A stretch of DNA of 64,000 nt. It comes from Candidatus Aenigmatarchaeota archaeon (lineage in GTDB: Archaea > Aenigmatarchaeota > Aenigmatarchaeia > QMZP01 > QMZT01). A program made the translations under genes and the position numbers. Shown here piece after piece: positions 36,266 through 47,060 of this stretch. The notes beneath the pieces are model-generated. The model searched no databases, was not told where the DNA came from, and saw only the letters and a list, made by a program, of their open reading frames with translations. Where the stretch lies: NCBI GenBank assembly GCA_026397315.1, contig JAPLVC010000001.1, positions 64,001-128,000 on the forward strand. The letters run 5' to 3'. How positions within the stretch are numbered: position 1 is the first letter of the stretch; every line of letters starts with the position of its first letter.

Positions 36266-36964
36266 TTAATCGCAATTCTCGAAGCTTTTTTCCGTGAATG
36301 CTGATATCGCACCGCTCGTGCCGAAGTCCTGCAGTTCCATCTTCGACGTAACGTCTTTGCCGGCAACTGTCATGTTCGTCTCGCTCCAGACAAGCACGAA
36401 AGGCACCTGGCCACTGTACCAGTATTCCCCTATCACGCCACCGATGGCTGTCCTGTATTTGGTGACTGCCACTGATTTGCCTGTCGGGGTCGTGTATGTG
36501 CCCGCGCCAAGTTGCGTTACGCCGCTAGTCGGCTTCTCGTACGGGTCTGACGTGACCGGTAAGGTGTTGGGCGCGGTTGTTAACGAGTTGCAGAGAGTTA
36601 TCTGGCCGAACTTGCTGAGGGAGTAAATCTTCGTCCCGGGTGTGCTGGCATCCTTGCCTTTCTCCCACATGACCAGCGACGAGCCAGAAACCGTCTCCGT
36701 CTCCGTGCCCGTGTACACCACAGCGCCGAGGGTTTTCTCGACGTATTTGTAGGTGAACTCGACCGGCTTGGCGCTTGTCGTGGTCAGGGCAATCTTGGCC
36801 CATGAGCCCGGCTGCGTGACCGGCTGCTGGAAGACGTTCTGAGGCGGCTGATTAGTATTCTGGTCTCCTCCGTTGGTTGCAGGTGCTGCGGGCTGCTGAG
36901 TGCAGCCGCTGGCCAGAACCGTTGCGACTAAAAGCATTGCCAGAACGGCAAATGTTTTTTTCAT
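36266..36964 (-). CDS. Lipoprotein
   Basis: MKKTFAVLAMLLVATVLASGC lipobox followed by a Q/P linker and a Thr-rich beta domain. Confidence 0.8.
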   Translation of the reverse strand: MKKTFAVLAMLLVATVLASGCTQQPAAPATNGGDQNTNQPPQNVFQQPVTQPGSWAKIALTTTSAKPVEFTYKYVEKTLGAVVYTGTETETVSGSSLVMWEKGKDASTPGTKIYSLSKFGQITLCNSLTTAPNTLPVTSDPYEKPTSGVTQLGAGTYTTPTGKSVAVTKYRTAIGGVIGEYWYSGQVPFVLVWSETNMTVAGKDVTSKMELQDFGTSGAISAFTEKSFENCD

Positions 36965-37001
36965 GGTATAGTTTTCGGTTTTCGCCTTATTAATCTGCAG
37001 G

Positions 37002-37685
37002 CTATTCCCAGACGTATTCGAAGCCCCTTTCGCCGAACTTTTTCTCACGATGGGCGAGCGTCCACACGGCCATTATGAGCAGACCGGTGACTATGCCGCC
37101 GACGTGGCCGAAATTCGCCACTCCTGGCTGCAGCCCCATGACGCCGAGGAACGTTTCCTCTATTATCAGGAAGACCAGCAGGACAGCCGCGGGCATGGGA
37201 AAGAAGCCGAAGATATAGACCCATGACCTAGGATATTTGAACGCGTATGCGGCTATCACGCCGAACACCGCCCCGGACGCGCCTATGAGCGAAGCCGTCT
37301 CGCCTGTCAGGAAAAGCGGCATGAGGTAAACGTAAAAAAGAGCCGAGCCTATGCCGGACAGGAAGTAAAGCGCGGCGAACTTTTTCCTGCCGAGTCCCTG
37401 TTCCAACTGGAAGCCGAATATGGCCAGCACGAACATGTTCATAACAAGGTGGACCGGGTAGATTGTTATACCTCCGCTTGCGGTTTCGGCGAACGTGGCG
37501 TGCAGGAACATGTAAGTGATGAACTGATATACATGACCCGCATCGAGTGTAGCCGGATCCAGAGCCAGCGTGTCCTCAAGGATGGGATAAGCTGCTATCT
37601 GCGCGAACCATATCGCTACATTCACCATGATGATGGCGAAAGTGAGCGTTTCGAAAAAAGTGTATTTTCTCCTGACCAGCGCCAT
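37002..37685 (-). CDS. Rhomboid intramembrane serine protease
   Basis: YMFLH, HLVMNM, IGASGA and GHVGG. Confidence 0.93.
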   Translation of the reverse strand: MALVRRKYTFFETLTFAIIMVNVAIWFAQIAAYPILEDTLALDPATLDAGHVYQFITYMFLHATFAETASGGITIYPVHLVMNMFVLAIFGFQLEQGLGRKKFAALYFLSGIGSALFYVYLMPLFLTGETASLIGASGAVFGVIAAYAFKYPRSWVYIFGFFPMPAAVLLVFLIIEETFLGVMGLQPGVANFGHVGGIVTGLLIMAVWTLAHREKKFGERGFEYVWE

Positions 37686-37689
37686 TCGT

Positions 37690-38391
37690 TCACCTGTTAA
37701 TTTTTTGTTTTGGTTTTGAAACTCTTATCTTATTGGAATTATAATAGGCGCAAATCTTTTTCAGTTCGCATATCCCGCACTTCGGCTTTCGCGTGACGCA
37801 TATTTCCTTGCCGAAGCTGACGAGGCCTAGGTTCACGATGTACCGCCCGCTCTCAGGCACGAGCTTCTCAAGGTTAGCGCGGATTTCTTCGTATCTCGCA
37901 TTCGCCCGCGCGAAGCCGAGCCGCTTGGAGACGACGTCGACATGAACATCTACCGCAATCACAGGCACGCCATACCCATACGAAAGCACGATGTCCGCGG
38001 TCTTGGGCCCGACGCCGTAAAGCGACATCAGCGCCTCTCGCGTGCGCGGGAAGGAGTTTTTGTATTCTTTTTCGAGCGTCCTTGAAATCGCGATTATCTT
38101 TTTCGCCTTCTGGCGGAAGGGACCGGACTGCCGGATGAGCGACTCGAGTTTTGCGCGCCTGAGCTTCAGGATGTCCGCAGGCGTTTTGACCTTCGAGAAT
38201 AAACGTTCGCTGACGACTTCCGTCGTCTCGTCGAGCGCGCGCTGGGACAGCACGGTCGAGATGAGCAGGCGAAACAGGTCGTTGCGCTTCTTGAGAATCG
38301 ACATGTCGACTTCGCGGCCGTATTTTCTCTCAAGGTATGCGAGAACGATACGCATCTTTTGCCTGCATGCTTCTTCCGGCTTCTTGGCCAT
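37690..38391 (-). CDS. nth: Endonuclease III (HhH-GPD glycosylase with 4Fe-4S cluster)
   Basis: LSQR, LYGVGPKTA, VDVHV and C-x6-C-x2-C-x5-C. Confidence 0.92.
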   Translation of the reverse strand: MAKKPEEACRQKMRIVLAYLERKYGREVDMSILKKRNDLFRLLISTVLSQRALDETTEVVSERLFSKVKTPADILKLRRAKLESLIRQSGPFRQKAKKIIAISRTLEKEYKNSFPRTREALMSLYGVGPKTADIVLSYGYGVPVIAVDVHVDVVSKRLGFARANARYEEIRANLEKLVPESGRYIVNLGLVSFGKEICVTRKPKCGICELKKICAYYNSNKIRVSKPKQKINR

Positions 38392-38438
38392 GTAGTTAAT
38401 ATTGGATTGGGATTTTAATTTTCACAGAATCTAGGAGT

Positions 38439-39209
38439 TTATTTTTTGGCCACTTCTTTCATGCTTTTGGACATGTGGTACATGCCGAAGCCTATCGTAA
38501 AGAATGCTATGGTGAATATGATGTCCACCCAGGATGCCGTGTAATATGCGCCTATGCTGGTGGTGTAAGAAAACGCGAAATCTGCCACGGCCTCTATTAT
38601 AAACCCTAGGCTGATTATGCCGAGCGACTTGAAAAGCATGCTGCCGTAGGTGATGGTCAGTATGGCTAAGGCAAATGACAGGAAAACCACGTCCCCAAGC
38701 GGATAAACGACGTTGAGTATTTTCGTGAGCATCGGTACTTCCTCGAAAAGTTTCTCATAAATGAAAATGGGGAATATGACCAAGAACACGAGCAACGGTG
38801 GTATTATGACTTTGGCGACTGTCTTGGCGTCCAGCTTGACTTTGACACTTTTCAGTAGAAGAAAAAGCCCGTACGCTGCAAATGGTATAGTTCCAAGATA
38901 TCCTATGTCCGCCAGGGAAGGATACGGGACCTCCGAGCCAGATATGTTGTAAAAGAACCACACGAGATTTCCCAGCCCCCAAGACAGCAGACCGATTGAG
39001 ATGTAAAAAAGCGACTTTCCGAATGCGCTTTTGAATGTGAAAGTCCTTGCGCTGTCGACGCCGACCCAGGTGCAAATGAACAGGATTATGGTCGTGTTCA
39101 GCAAAAGCAAATATCTTGTTAAAGCGGGGCTGTCCTGGGTCTGCAACATCATTCCTATAACGGTCAATACCGTCAGAATGGACAGCAAAAGTATCTTTTT
39201 TGGCATCAT
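38439..39209 (-). CDS. Multi-pass membrane protein (sensor-like TM domain)
   Basis: About eight TM helices; VPYPSLADIGYL and YPLGD motifs. Confidence 0.7.
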   Translation of the reverse strand: MMPKKILLLSILTVLTVIGMMLQTQDSPALTRYLLLLNTTIILFICTWVGVDSARTFTFKSAFGKSLFYISIGLLSWGLGNLVWFFYNISGSEVPYPSLADIGYLGTIPFAAYGLFLLLKSVKVKLDAKTVAKVIIPPLLVFLVIFPIFIYEKLFEEVPMLTKILNVVYPLGDVVFLSFALAILTITYGSMLFKSLGIISLGFIIEAVADFAFSYTTSIGAYYTASWVDIIFTIAFFTIGFGMYHMSKSMKEVAKK

Positions 39210-39286
39210 CTGTTATAAAATTTGGTTCCGCCTGAATATAAACTACGTTTAAACACGCAACGTCGCATCCGGCTATCCGTTTCGTC

Positions 39287-40489
39287 TCAGAAATCCCCTA
39301 GTCGCCGCTGTTTCAGGATGATGCTCTTCTTGACGTATTCTGCGACCGGCGTTCTCAGCCGCGGGCCGATGTAGGCCAGCGCTTCGCGGAGCGTCGCGAA
39401 CTTCGCCGGCTTCTGGCGGAGCGCGTTCCTCGTGTTTTCCAGACACTGCCACACGCCGACAGGGATGGTATAGCCTTCATGTATTTCGCGGAAGATGACA
39501 CAGCGCGCTTGCCGCCGCATTTTCTCGAGACCTTCGGCGAGGCCCAGTCGATTCGCATAGAACCCGCCGCCCTGTTCGCTGGCATATGTGGTGCGGCCTT
39601 TGTGGGGCTCGTATTCCTGGGTTATCTCGGGCGCTTTAAGACTCTGCGCCCAGTACGCGCCCGGAGACCAGCACTCGAAATTCTCGTATTCCCAGTTGCC
39701 GGGCATGAGCAGTATCTCGTAATGGTTGTCCAAGTATTCGCTGGAATAGACATGGTAATCGTTTATCGACGGGTAATCCTTGATGTTGCTGATGAGCTGG
39801 TTGGCAAGCATCGTATGCGTGGCTGTTATGCTCCAGCGCGTCGGCACCAGTTTCCGCCGGTCTTTCATTCCAAAGATGCCTGACGAGAGGATTGTTATGA
39901 GCTTGTATATGTCCGTGCCATGCGTGTAAAGCTCGTAGCTGGCTTCGACTGTCTTCATTTCATCGTTGATGATTTTCTCGACTTTCTGCGGCACCTTGGG
40001 GTTGCCAACGACCTTGAACTTGTCTATCGTCCCGGAAGGGCCCATGGGATGGGTGATGTCCGAGAACTCGAAGGACATCTTGGGCACGTTCTTGAACAGT
40101 ATTTCGACATCCGTCGGCTTCGATGCGAGAGCGAGCTCCTGGTTCTGCTCTATGAAGCGCGAGCGGGAGAAGACGTTTTCCCTGAACTGTGACCTGAGGA
40201 GCAGCGAGCGGAACTGGATTATGTCGCCATATGGCATGCCGAACCAGTTCTGGGGGGCGTCGGCAATCTCGGCCTTGCTCGCATCTAACGCGGCCATGGG
40301 CCCTACATACACGTCCGGGTAGAAATTATGGCCGACAAACACGGATGTGCTCGGACCGAAGAAGTCCTTCTTGAGCGAGGACTGGATTTGAGGAGCTAGC
40401 TTAATCTTGGAATATAACGGGCACGTGCGCCAGCCGCAGAGGTTGCGCGAGCCCTTGCACACGATGCATAGCCTGGCCGGAGAAGTCAT
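39287..40489 (-). CDS. nreA: Nre-family DNA repair protein
   Basis: CIVCKG..LCG..CP, RKLVPTRWSITA, PVGVWQ and C-terminal PIP box QRRLGDF. Confidence 0.92.
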   Translation of the reverse strand: MTSPARLCIVCKGSRNLCGWRTCPLYSKIKLAPQIQSSLKKDFFGPSTSVFVGHNFYPDVYVGPMAALDASKAEIADAPQNWFGMPYGDIIQFRSLLLRSQFRENVFSRSRFIEQNQELALASKPTDVEILFKNVPKMSFEFSDITHPMGPSGTIDKFKVVGNPKVPQKVEKIINDEMKTVEASYELYTHGTDIYKLITILSSGIFGMKDRRKLVPTRWSITATHTMLANQLISNIKDYPSINDYHVYSSEYLDNHYEILLMPGNWEYENFECWSPGAYWAQSLKAPEITQEYEPHKGRTTYASEQGGGFYANRLGLAEGLEKMRRQARCVIFREIHEGYTIPVGVWQCLENTRNALRQKPAKFATLREALAYIGPRLRTPVAEYVKKSIILKQRRLGDF

Positions 40490-40751
40490 ATGATTAATTA
40501 ATATAGTAAAAATTATAAGGCTTTCCGCCTCTCAAAAGGCCGTTTGTGCTGTCTGGATTGCTGCTCGGGCGCCTTATACTTAGAATAGGAAAAATAGGCA
40601 ACTTTAAATTGGAATAAAAAGGATTTATATGTATAACGGTCATATATAAGATTCTTTAAACGGTCCCGCAAAACACCACAAGCGGCCGGCAAAGCCATCC
40701 ATAATGTCGAATGATGTTCAAAAAGTCCTGACACGGACTGAAAAGAGGTAT

Positions 40752-41093
40752 ATGCTTATGGAAAAGGACAAAAATATAGACGTATTGGAAGAAATCAAAA
40801 CCGCTGAAAAGGAAGCCAACAGGACGCTCGAGAAAGCACAGGAGCGCAAGAGCGAGATAATTCTTGAGATGCACAACAAGGCAAGGCAGATGGAAGAAAG
40901 AGAGATGGCCAGGATAAAGAGAGAGATGGAAGAGGCGATAAAGAGTTTTGATGCCAAGGCCGACAAGGACAGGGAACGTCTTCTGGCAGACAAGAAAAGC
41001 GAGACTGAGAGGCTCAAGAAATCCGCATCTTCCAAGGTCAGCAAGGCCGTGGAGAACATTAAGAAGGAATTAAACGCCTTCTTGGGAGAGTGA
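40752..41093 (+). CDS. atpH: A/V-type ATP synthase subunit H (G)
   Basis: LEEIKTAEKEA coiled coil; first gene of the operon. Confidence 0.8.
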   Translation: MLMEKDKNIDVLEEIKTAEKEANRTLEKAQERKSEIILEMHNKARQMEEREMARIKREMEEAIKSFDAKADKDRERLLADKKSETERLKKSASSKVSKAVENIKKELNAFLGE

Positions 41094-42943
41094 AACTGAT
41101 GTTTTTTCCCAATGAGATGAAAAGGATAACGGTAGTTTCCCATAAAATACACCTCCAGGAAGCCGTAAAAGCGCTTTACGACGCCGGCGTCCTGCATCTC
41201 AAGGAATACGTGCCCAGCGAGGGCGATCACTACCCCATAGGAACGCCTATGGAGAACGCGGAGAAAATATCCGAGCTGCTGCTGATGCTCAATTCCATAA
41301 AGACCCAGGTCGACCTGAAAGCCGTGACGAAAACGAAAGCGGAGTTTGACCTGGAAAGGCATGAGAATTTACTCAGAAACTTCCAGGCCGATGTCAACAG
41401 GATCAACGAGGGCATAAAGCAGGCAGAAGATGCGCTGAAAGCCGGCGAGAGGCGCAGGGAAATACTCGAATTCCATTTGAAAGCGGGCGTGCAGAAATTC
41501 GATGCGCTGAAAGGCTACGACTCCCTGGACGTCCTGAACGGCTACGTGCCCGACATCGACGTGCTGAAAGTGAGGATGGCCAACGTGGAGCACGAACTCA
41601 TGGCAGGTGTGGAGAAGATGGCCGGCGGCTTCCCCGTAATAATTTTCGTCAAGAAAAGCGACATGGAAACGGCAAGACATGCGCTAGCGTCGGCGGAGTT
41701 CACCAGAGTCGACGTGGACATGGACTGGAGAACTGCAACGCCTCAGGAGGAGAGCGCCATTTTCACCAAGGAAAGGAATGCCCTGGTGAAGAAGGCTGAC
41801 GACCTCAGGAAAGAGCTGGCCGACTTGACGAAGGCGAAGGGCGGGGAGATTCTGGGAACGGAAGACGCCCTCACGACTGAGATACGCAAGTCGGAAGCGC
41901 CTCTCAAGTTCGCGGTAAGCAATCACAGCTTCATGATCCAGGGATGGGTTCCGAAAGGCAAGGAGTCCAGTCTGGAACAGAAGCTCGCGTCCATAACGGA
42001 CAACATGTATTTCTCCGCGGAGGACGTGGGCGAGGACGAGCCGGCTCCGATACAGCTCAAGAACAAGGGCCCGGTCAAGCCGTTCGAGTTCTTCCTGCGT
42101 TTGTATTCGCTTCCCAGCTACAAGGAAATGGACCCGACCTTTCTCATTTTCCTCACTTACCCCATCATCTTCGGCATAATGATGGGAGACATAGGCTACG
42201 GCCTGGTGCTGTTCCTGGGATTCGCGTTCATCAAATACAAGATGAAGAAGATGCGCTCTGTCGCTTCGGTGCTCATGATTTCATCGCTGTTCAGCATACT
42301 GTTCGGCTTCGTATTTGGAGAATTTTTCGGCTTCGAGGCGATAGGCGGGATAACGCTCCACCCGATGATAGCAAGGGCAGAAGGCCTGAACGCCATGCTG
42401 CCCGTATCCCTCATGATAGGCCTGGTGCACCTGAACTTGGGCATCACGACCGGCCTGATAAACGAGCTGCGCGAGCACAAGCTCAGGCATGCCATGGGCA
42501 AGGCCAGCTGGTTCATACTGGAGGCGGGCGGCATACTCTACCTGATGTCGACATTCTTGAAGATGGAGACCGGAGTCGACCCGAACCTTAGCCTCGGCAT
42601 ATTCCTTGTAGGAGTTGTTTTGTTAACCATAGGCGAGAGCTACCGCGGGCTGATAGAGATTCCAGCGCTCGCCAGCAACGTGCTTTCATACGCTCGTATA
42701 GCGGCGCTAGGGCTTGCCGGCGTGCAGCTGGCGCTGGTCATAAACGGCATGGCGGATGGCATGTTTCATGCGGGGGGAATGTTCATGGTGATGGGGGTCG
42801 CGCTGCTCTTCGCAGGCCATGCGGTGAACATGCTGCTGGCGCTCATGGGCTCGTTCCTGCAGTCGCTCAGGCTCCACTACGTGGAGATGTTTTCAAAGTT
42901 TTATCATGGTGACGGTGAACCTTACAAGCCGTTCGGAAGTTAA
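41090..42943 (+). CDS. atpI: A/V-type ATP synthase subunit I (a)
   Basis: EMDPT, GDIGYG, LSYARIAALG and LRLHYVEMFSKFY. Confidence 0.96.
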   Translation: MKLMFFPNEMKRITVVSHKIHLQEAVKALYDAGVLHLKEYVPSEGDHYPIGTPMENAEKISELLLMLNSIKTQVDLKAVTKTKAEFDLERHENLLRNFQADVNRINEGIKQAEDALKAGERRREILEFHLKAGVQKFDALKGYDSLDVLNGYVPDIDVLKVRMANVEHELMAGVEKMAGGFPVIIFVKKSDMETARHALASAEFTRVDVDMDWRTATPQEESAIFTKERNALVKKADDLRKELADLTKAKGGEILGTEDALTTEIRKSEAPLKFAVSNHSFMIQGWVPKGKESSLEQKLASITDNMYFSAEDVGEDEPAPIQLKNKGPVKPFEFFLRLYSLPSYKEMDPTFLIFLTYPIIFGIMMGDIGYGLVLFLGFAFIKYKMKKMRSVASVLMISSLFSILFGFVFGEFFGFEAIGGITLHPMIARAEGLNAMLPVSLMIGLVHLNLGITTGLINELREHKLRHAMGKASWFILEAGGILYLMSTFLKMETGVDPNLSLGIFLVGVVLLTIGESYRGLIEIPALASNVLSYARIAALGLAGVQLALVINGMADGMFHAGGMFMVMGVALLFAGHAVNMLLALMGSFLQSLRLHYVEMFSKFYHGDGEPYKPFGS

Positions 42944-42958
42944 AATGGAGGTGTGAAT

Positions 42959-43180
42959 ATGTCTGATATAGCAGTAATCGCAGCAGCAGCGACGATATGC
43001 ATAAGTGCGATAGCGACGGCGTGGGCTGAAAAAGAGCTGGGAACGTCGGCGATAGGCGCCATGGCGGAGAAGGAAAGCCTTTTCGCCAAGGGTCTTATCA
43101 TTACGGTCATCCCGGAAACCATAATCATTTTCGGCCTGGTCGTGGCGTTGCAGATAATCGGCATGGCCGGAGGCGCGTAA
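42959..43180 (+). CDS. atpK: A/V-type ATP synthase subunit K (c), single hairpin
   Basis: AWAEKELG...IPETIIIFG. Confidence 0.95.
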   Translation: MSDIAVIAAAATICISAIATAWAEKELGTSAIGAMAEKESLFAKGLIITVIPETIIIFGLVVALQIIGMAGGA

Positions 43181-43192
43181 AGGCGAATTGAT

Positions 43193-43756
43193 ATGAGTCT
43201 GAACAAAGTATCATCTGAAATACGGATGAAAGCGGATAAGGAAGCCCAGGGCATACTCGGCGAAGGCAGGAGAGAAGGGGACAAGACAATCGAGGCAACT
43301 AAAAAACGCCTGAAGGAATACGAGAATGCTATGAAAATCGAGATTGAGAACGCTTTAGGGCAGATAAACATGCGAAGCCAGGCCGTCATGAAAAAGCAGC
43401 TCAAAGAATTCGCCATGAACACCAAGAAGGAAATGGTGGAAATGGTTTACAATGAGTTTCTCGACTACCTGAAGAACATGAAGGGGGATGAGAGAACAAG
43501 AATTTACAGGAAGATGGCGGAAAGCACGAAAAGCCAGATAAGCAAACCGGGAGTCGTTTACGTAAGGAAAGACGATATCGCGCTCGTGAAGAAGCTGTTC
43601 AGAGGACTCGAAATCAGGACGCAGGAAATGGAAGGCGGCTTAATGCTGGAAAGCAGCGACGGCAAGGAATTGGTTGACTTCAGGTTCGAGACGCTCGTGG
43701 AATTGCTGAAGGGGCGCACGCTCAAAAGCGTATCAAGGATTATGTTCGGTGAATAA
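43193..43756 (+). CDS. atpE: A/V-type ATP synthase subunit E
   Basis: Coiled N-terminus, GGLMLESSDG..VDFRFE; operon position. Confidence 0.9.
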   Translation: MSLNKVSSEIRMKADKEAQGILGEGRREGDKTIEATKKRLKEYENAMKIEIENALGQINMRSQAVMKKQLKEFAMNTKKEMVEMVYNEFLDYLKNMKGDERTRIYRKMAESTKSQISKPGVVYVRKDDIALVKKLFRGLEIRTQEMEGGLMLESSDGKELVDFRFETLVELLKGRTLKSVSRIMFGE

Positions 43757-44962
43757 ATGAGAATACCTTTCAGGAGAAACCCGGAGGGAGCAAAAAAGAG
43801 AATAAAGAGGCTGAGGTTCAAGTCTTACCCTTACACGGTAACGAGGGTAAGGGTGATGAAGTCGAAGCTTCTCGGTGAGGAAGATTACCTCAGGATGAGG
43901 AAGATGGGCCTCAACGAAACGATACGCTTCCTCGAGGAAAGCGAATACAAGCACGAAATAGATTTGCACTCGAAGGAATACCGCGGCGCGGAGCTTATAG
44001 AGCTCGCGCTCAACGAGAATCTCGCCAACGTGATAAACAAGCTGCTTTCAATTTCGCTCCATGAAGAACTGAAAATGCTGATACAGTTCTACTCTCTGAA
44101 ATGGATACTGAACAACATAAAGCTCGTGCTCAGGACGCGCATGAACAAGCTGTCGGAGAGCGACCTGAAATACGGCGTGATCCCGATACAGCCGACGGAT
44201 TATGAGACGTGCATAAAGCTCTACCGCGGCGGAGGAGACGAGTTCATTGAAACGCTGAGCGGCATAACGAGCATAGAGCCGCACAGGCTCAGGGAACTTT
44301 ATGCAGCGAATGACCTGGTCGGGCTGGAGAATGAGATTGACCTGACGTTCTACAACCGCATGATAGAATTGTACAAGAGGATAAAGATGAGGCGATCCGA
44401 CCCTCTGAAGCAGTTCTTCGACAACATCGTCCAGCTCAACAACCTGCGCAACATAGCGAGGTTCAAGAATGAGGGCATAAACGAGGAGACCATACGCAGC
44501 ATGCTGGTCATGGAGCACAAGAGCAAGATCACGGTAAAGACCTCGGTAATATTGATGAAGATGATGAGGTTCAGGGTCAGGCTGATCAAATTCAGGTTCA
44601 AGAAAAGCAAAAGGGAAGACAAGCTCATAGAGGCCATGATAAAGGCCGAGGACATGAAAGCGCTCTTCGATGCGCTGAAAAAAAGCAGGTACAAAGAGCT
44701 CGTCACGCCGGACGTCGAAAAGAACCCGTCGAGGCTCGAAGGGACGATAGACAAGTTCCTGCTGAACTACGCGACGAAGCTTCTGCACAGGAAACCGCTT
44801 TCGGTTTCGCCGATATTCGGTTACCTGCTATGGAAGGAGATAGAGACGAAAAACATCAAGCTGCTCGTCCACGCTAAGGCGATGAATCTCGATGAAAACG
44901 TCGTGGACACCAATCTCATAGTGGTTAATGATTCATGGATGAAGGTGATGAAGCACGCATGA
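43757..44962 (+). CDS. atpC: A/V-type ATP synthase subunit C
   Basis: YPYTVTRVRVMKSKLL and PIFGYL..KEIE..NIK. Confidence 0.92.
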   Translation: MRIPFRRNPEGAKKRIKRLRFKSYPYTVTRVRVMKSKLLGEEDYLRMRKMGLNETIRFLEESEYKHEIDLHSKEYRGAELIELALNENLANVINKLLSISLHEELKMLIQFYSLKWILNNIKLVLRTRMNKLSESDLKYGVIPIQPTDYETCIKLYRGGGDEFIETLSGITSIEPHRLRELYAANDLVGLENEIDLTFYNRMIELYKRIKMRRSDPLKQFFDNIVQLNNLRNIARFKNEGINEETIRSMLVMEHKSKITVKTSVILMKMMRFRVRLIKFRFKKSKREDKLIEAMIKAEDMKALFDALKKSRYKELVTPDVEKNPSRLEGTIDKFLLNYATKLLHRKPLSVSPIFGYLLWKEIETKNIKLLVHAKAMNLDENVVDTNLIVVNDSWMKVMKHA

Positions 44963-44972
44963 AATAGCCGTA

Positions 44973-45269
44973 ATGGGAAGCGAATACTTCACCCTGGGTT
45001 TCCAGGCAGCCGGCGTACGCAACGCGTTCGTCGTGACCAGGGAGACGATAAACAGGAAGTTCGAGGCAGTCATGGAGAGCAAGGACATCGGCATCCTGAT
45101 AATGAACAACGACGATTTCCAGATGCTGCACGAGCGCTCGAAAGAACGCGCATTGGTCCAGGTCAAGCCGACCGTCGTCATACTCTCTCACGACATCTCC
45201 GCGGAGGAGAATCTCCGCATCATGATCAGAAGATCTCTAGGCGTAGATCTTTGGAATAAGAAAGATTGA
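44973..45269 (+). CDS. atpF: A/V-type ATP synthase subunit F (start uncertain)
   Basis: (IAV)MGSEYFTLGFQAAGV...IRRSLGVDLW. Confidence 0.9.
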   Translation: MGSEYFTLGFQAAGVRNAFVVTRETINRKFEAVMESKDIGILIMNNDDFQMLHERSKERALVQVKPTVVILSHDISAEENLRIMIRRSLGVDLWNKKD

Positions 45270-45286
45270 AAGGTTAGGTGATATTG

Positions 45287-47050
45287 ATGAAAGGAAAAAC
45301 AGACGCTAGTGCGAAAGGCAGGATTTTCAGGGTATCCGGACCCGTTGTTATAGCTGAGGGCATAGACGCCAGGATGCACGACCTCATGCGCGTCGGCAAA
45401 GAGCAGCTCATGGGCGAGGTCATCCAGATAAATCCGGACAAGATTACCATTCAGGTTTACGAGGACACGTCCGGCATAAAGCCGGATGAGCCCGTCGAGA
45501 ACACGGGCCAGCCGCTTATAGCGGAACTTGGCCCAGGCCTGCTCACGAGCATTTACGACGGCATACAGCGACCGCTTCCCGTGCTTCAGAGCATGATGGG
45601 CGACTACATATTGAGAGGCGCGAAGACGCCGGGCCTTGACAGGAAGAAGAAATGGCATTTCAAGCCGGTCGTCAAGAAAGGCGAGGACGTCAAGGAAGGC
45701 CAGATAATCGGCACCGTCAAGGAAACGAACGTCATCGAACACAAGGTCATGGTGCCTCCTGGCGTCTCTGGCAAGATAAAGGCCATAGAGGAAGGCGACT
45801 TCACCGTCGAAGAAACGGTAGCATCGCTAGCGAACGGCAGGAAGCTGACGATGATGCAGATATGGCCCATTCGCAAGTCGCGCCCGTGCAAGGAAAAGCT
45901 CACTCCAGAAATTCCGCTCATAACAGGTCAGCGCATTCTCGATGCACTGTTCCCGCTCGCGAAAGGCGGTGCAGGCGGCATACCGGGTCCGTTCGGTTCC
46001 GGAAAGACGGTCACGCAGCAGCAGCTTGCGAAATGGTCGGACGCTGATATTGTCGTATACATCGGGTGCGGAGAGCGAGGCAACGAAATGACCGAAGTCC
46101 TCAAGGACTTCCCGAAACTCATAGACCCGAAAACGAACAGGCCGCTCATGGAGAGAACCGTTCTTATCGCGAACACGTCGAACATGCCCGTCGCCGCTAG
46201 GGAAGCTTCCATTTACACTGGCATAACCATCGCTGAATACTACAGGGACATGGGCTACGACGTCGCGCTTATGGCTGATTCGACGAGCCGATGGGCCGAA
46301 GCGATGAGAGAGATCTCGTCACGTCTGGAAGAGATGCCGGGAGAGGAAGGATACCCGGCGTACCTGTCCGCGAGGCTCGCGGAATTCTACGAGCGCGCGG
46401 GAAGGGTGAAGCCGCTTGGCGTGGCCAAGATAGGCTCGGTCAGCATCATCGGCGCGGTATCGCCGCCCGGAGGCGACCTTTCCGAACCCGTGACGCAGTC
46501 GACGCTGCGCGTCGTGAAGACGTTCTGGGCACTGGATGCGAAGCTCGCGCACAGGCGACATTTCCCGTCGATTAACTGGCTCAATTCGTATTCGCTTTAC
46601 GAGACCATACTTGAGCCGTGGTACACGAAGAACGTGGCCGCCGACTGGAAAAGCACAGTCAACGAGTGCAAGAAAATCCTCCAGGAAGAGGACAAGCTGC
46701 AGGAAATCGTGCAGCTGGTCGGTTCCGACGCTTTGCCGGAGAACGAGCAGCTAACGCTCGAAATCGCCAGGATGATACGCGAGTTCTTCCTGCAGCAGAG
46801 CGCTTATCACGAGGTCGACACGTTCTGCGACCTGAGGAAGAGCTACAAGATGATGAAATCCATCCTGCACTACGCCGACAAGGCGAGATACGCGCTGAAG
46901 GCTGGCGTGCACGTCAGGAATCTTCTCGAGATAAAGGCCAGGAACAGGATCGCTGACGCTAAATTCGAGAAGAATCACGAGAAAATACTTTCAGATGCCG
47001 AGCAGGCGATAGACAAGGAAATAGAGTCGCTGCTCATGGAGATCAAGTAG
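45287..47050 (+). CDS. atpA: A/V-type ATP synthase subunit A
   Basis: [16 protein letters not shown] and PPGGDLSEP; no intein. Confidence 0.98.
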   Translation: MKGKTDASAKGRIFRVSGPVVIAEGIDARMHDLMRVGKEQLMGEVIQINPDKITIQVYEDTSGIKPDEPVENTGQPLIAELGPGLLTSIYDGIQRPLPVLQSMMGDYILRGAKTPGLDRKKKWHFKPVVKKGEDVKEGQIIGTVKETNVIEHKVMVPPGVSGKIKAIEEGDFTVEETVASLANGRKLTMMQIWPIRKSRPCKEKLTPEIPLITGQRILDALFPLAKGGAGGIPGPFGSGKTVTQQQLAKWSDADIVVYIGCGERGNEMTEVLKDFPKLIDPKTNRPLMERTVLIANTSNMPVAAREASIYTGITIAEYYRDMGYDVALMADSTSRWAEAMREISSRLEEMPGEEGYPAYLSARLAEFYERAGRVKPLGVAKIGSVSIIGAVSPPGGDLSEPVTQSTLRVVKTFWALDAKLAHRRHFPSINWLNSYSLYETILEPWYTKNVAADWKSTVNECKKILQEEDKLQEIVQLVGSDALPENEQLTLEIARMIREFFLQQSAYHEVDTFCDLRKSYKMMKSILHYADKARYALKAGVHVRNLLEIKARNRIADAKFEKNHEKILSDAEQAIDKEIESLLMEIK

Positions 47051-47060
47051 TCGGGAGGTC

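Noticed and set aside
40513-40575. Structured ncRNA between nre and the ATP synthase operon
   Set aside because: Only short stems (TAAGGC/GCCTTA); no recognisable family, and compatible with chance in a divergent promoter region.
45287-47050. Inteins in AtpA (also checked aIF5B)
   Set aside because: Lengths are normal and no intein splice motifs are present.
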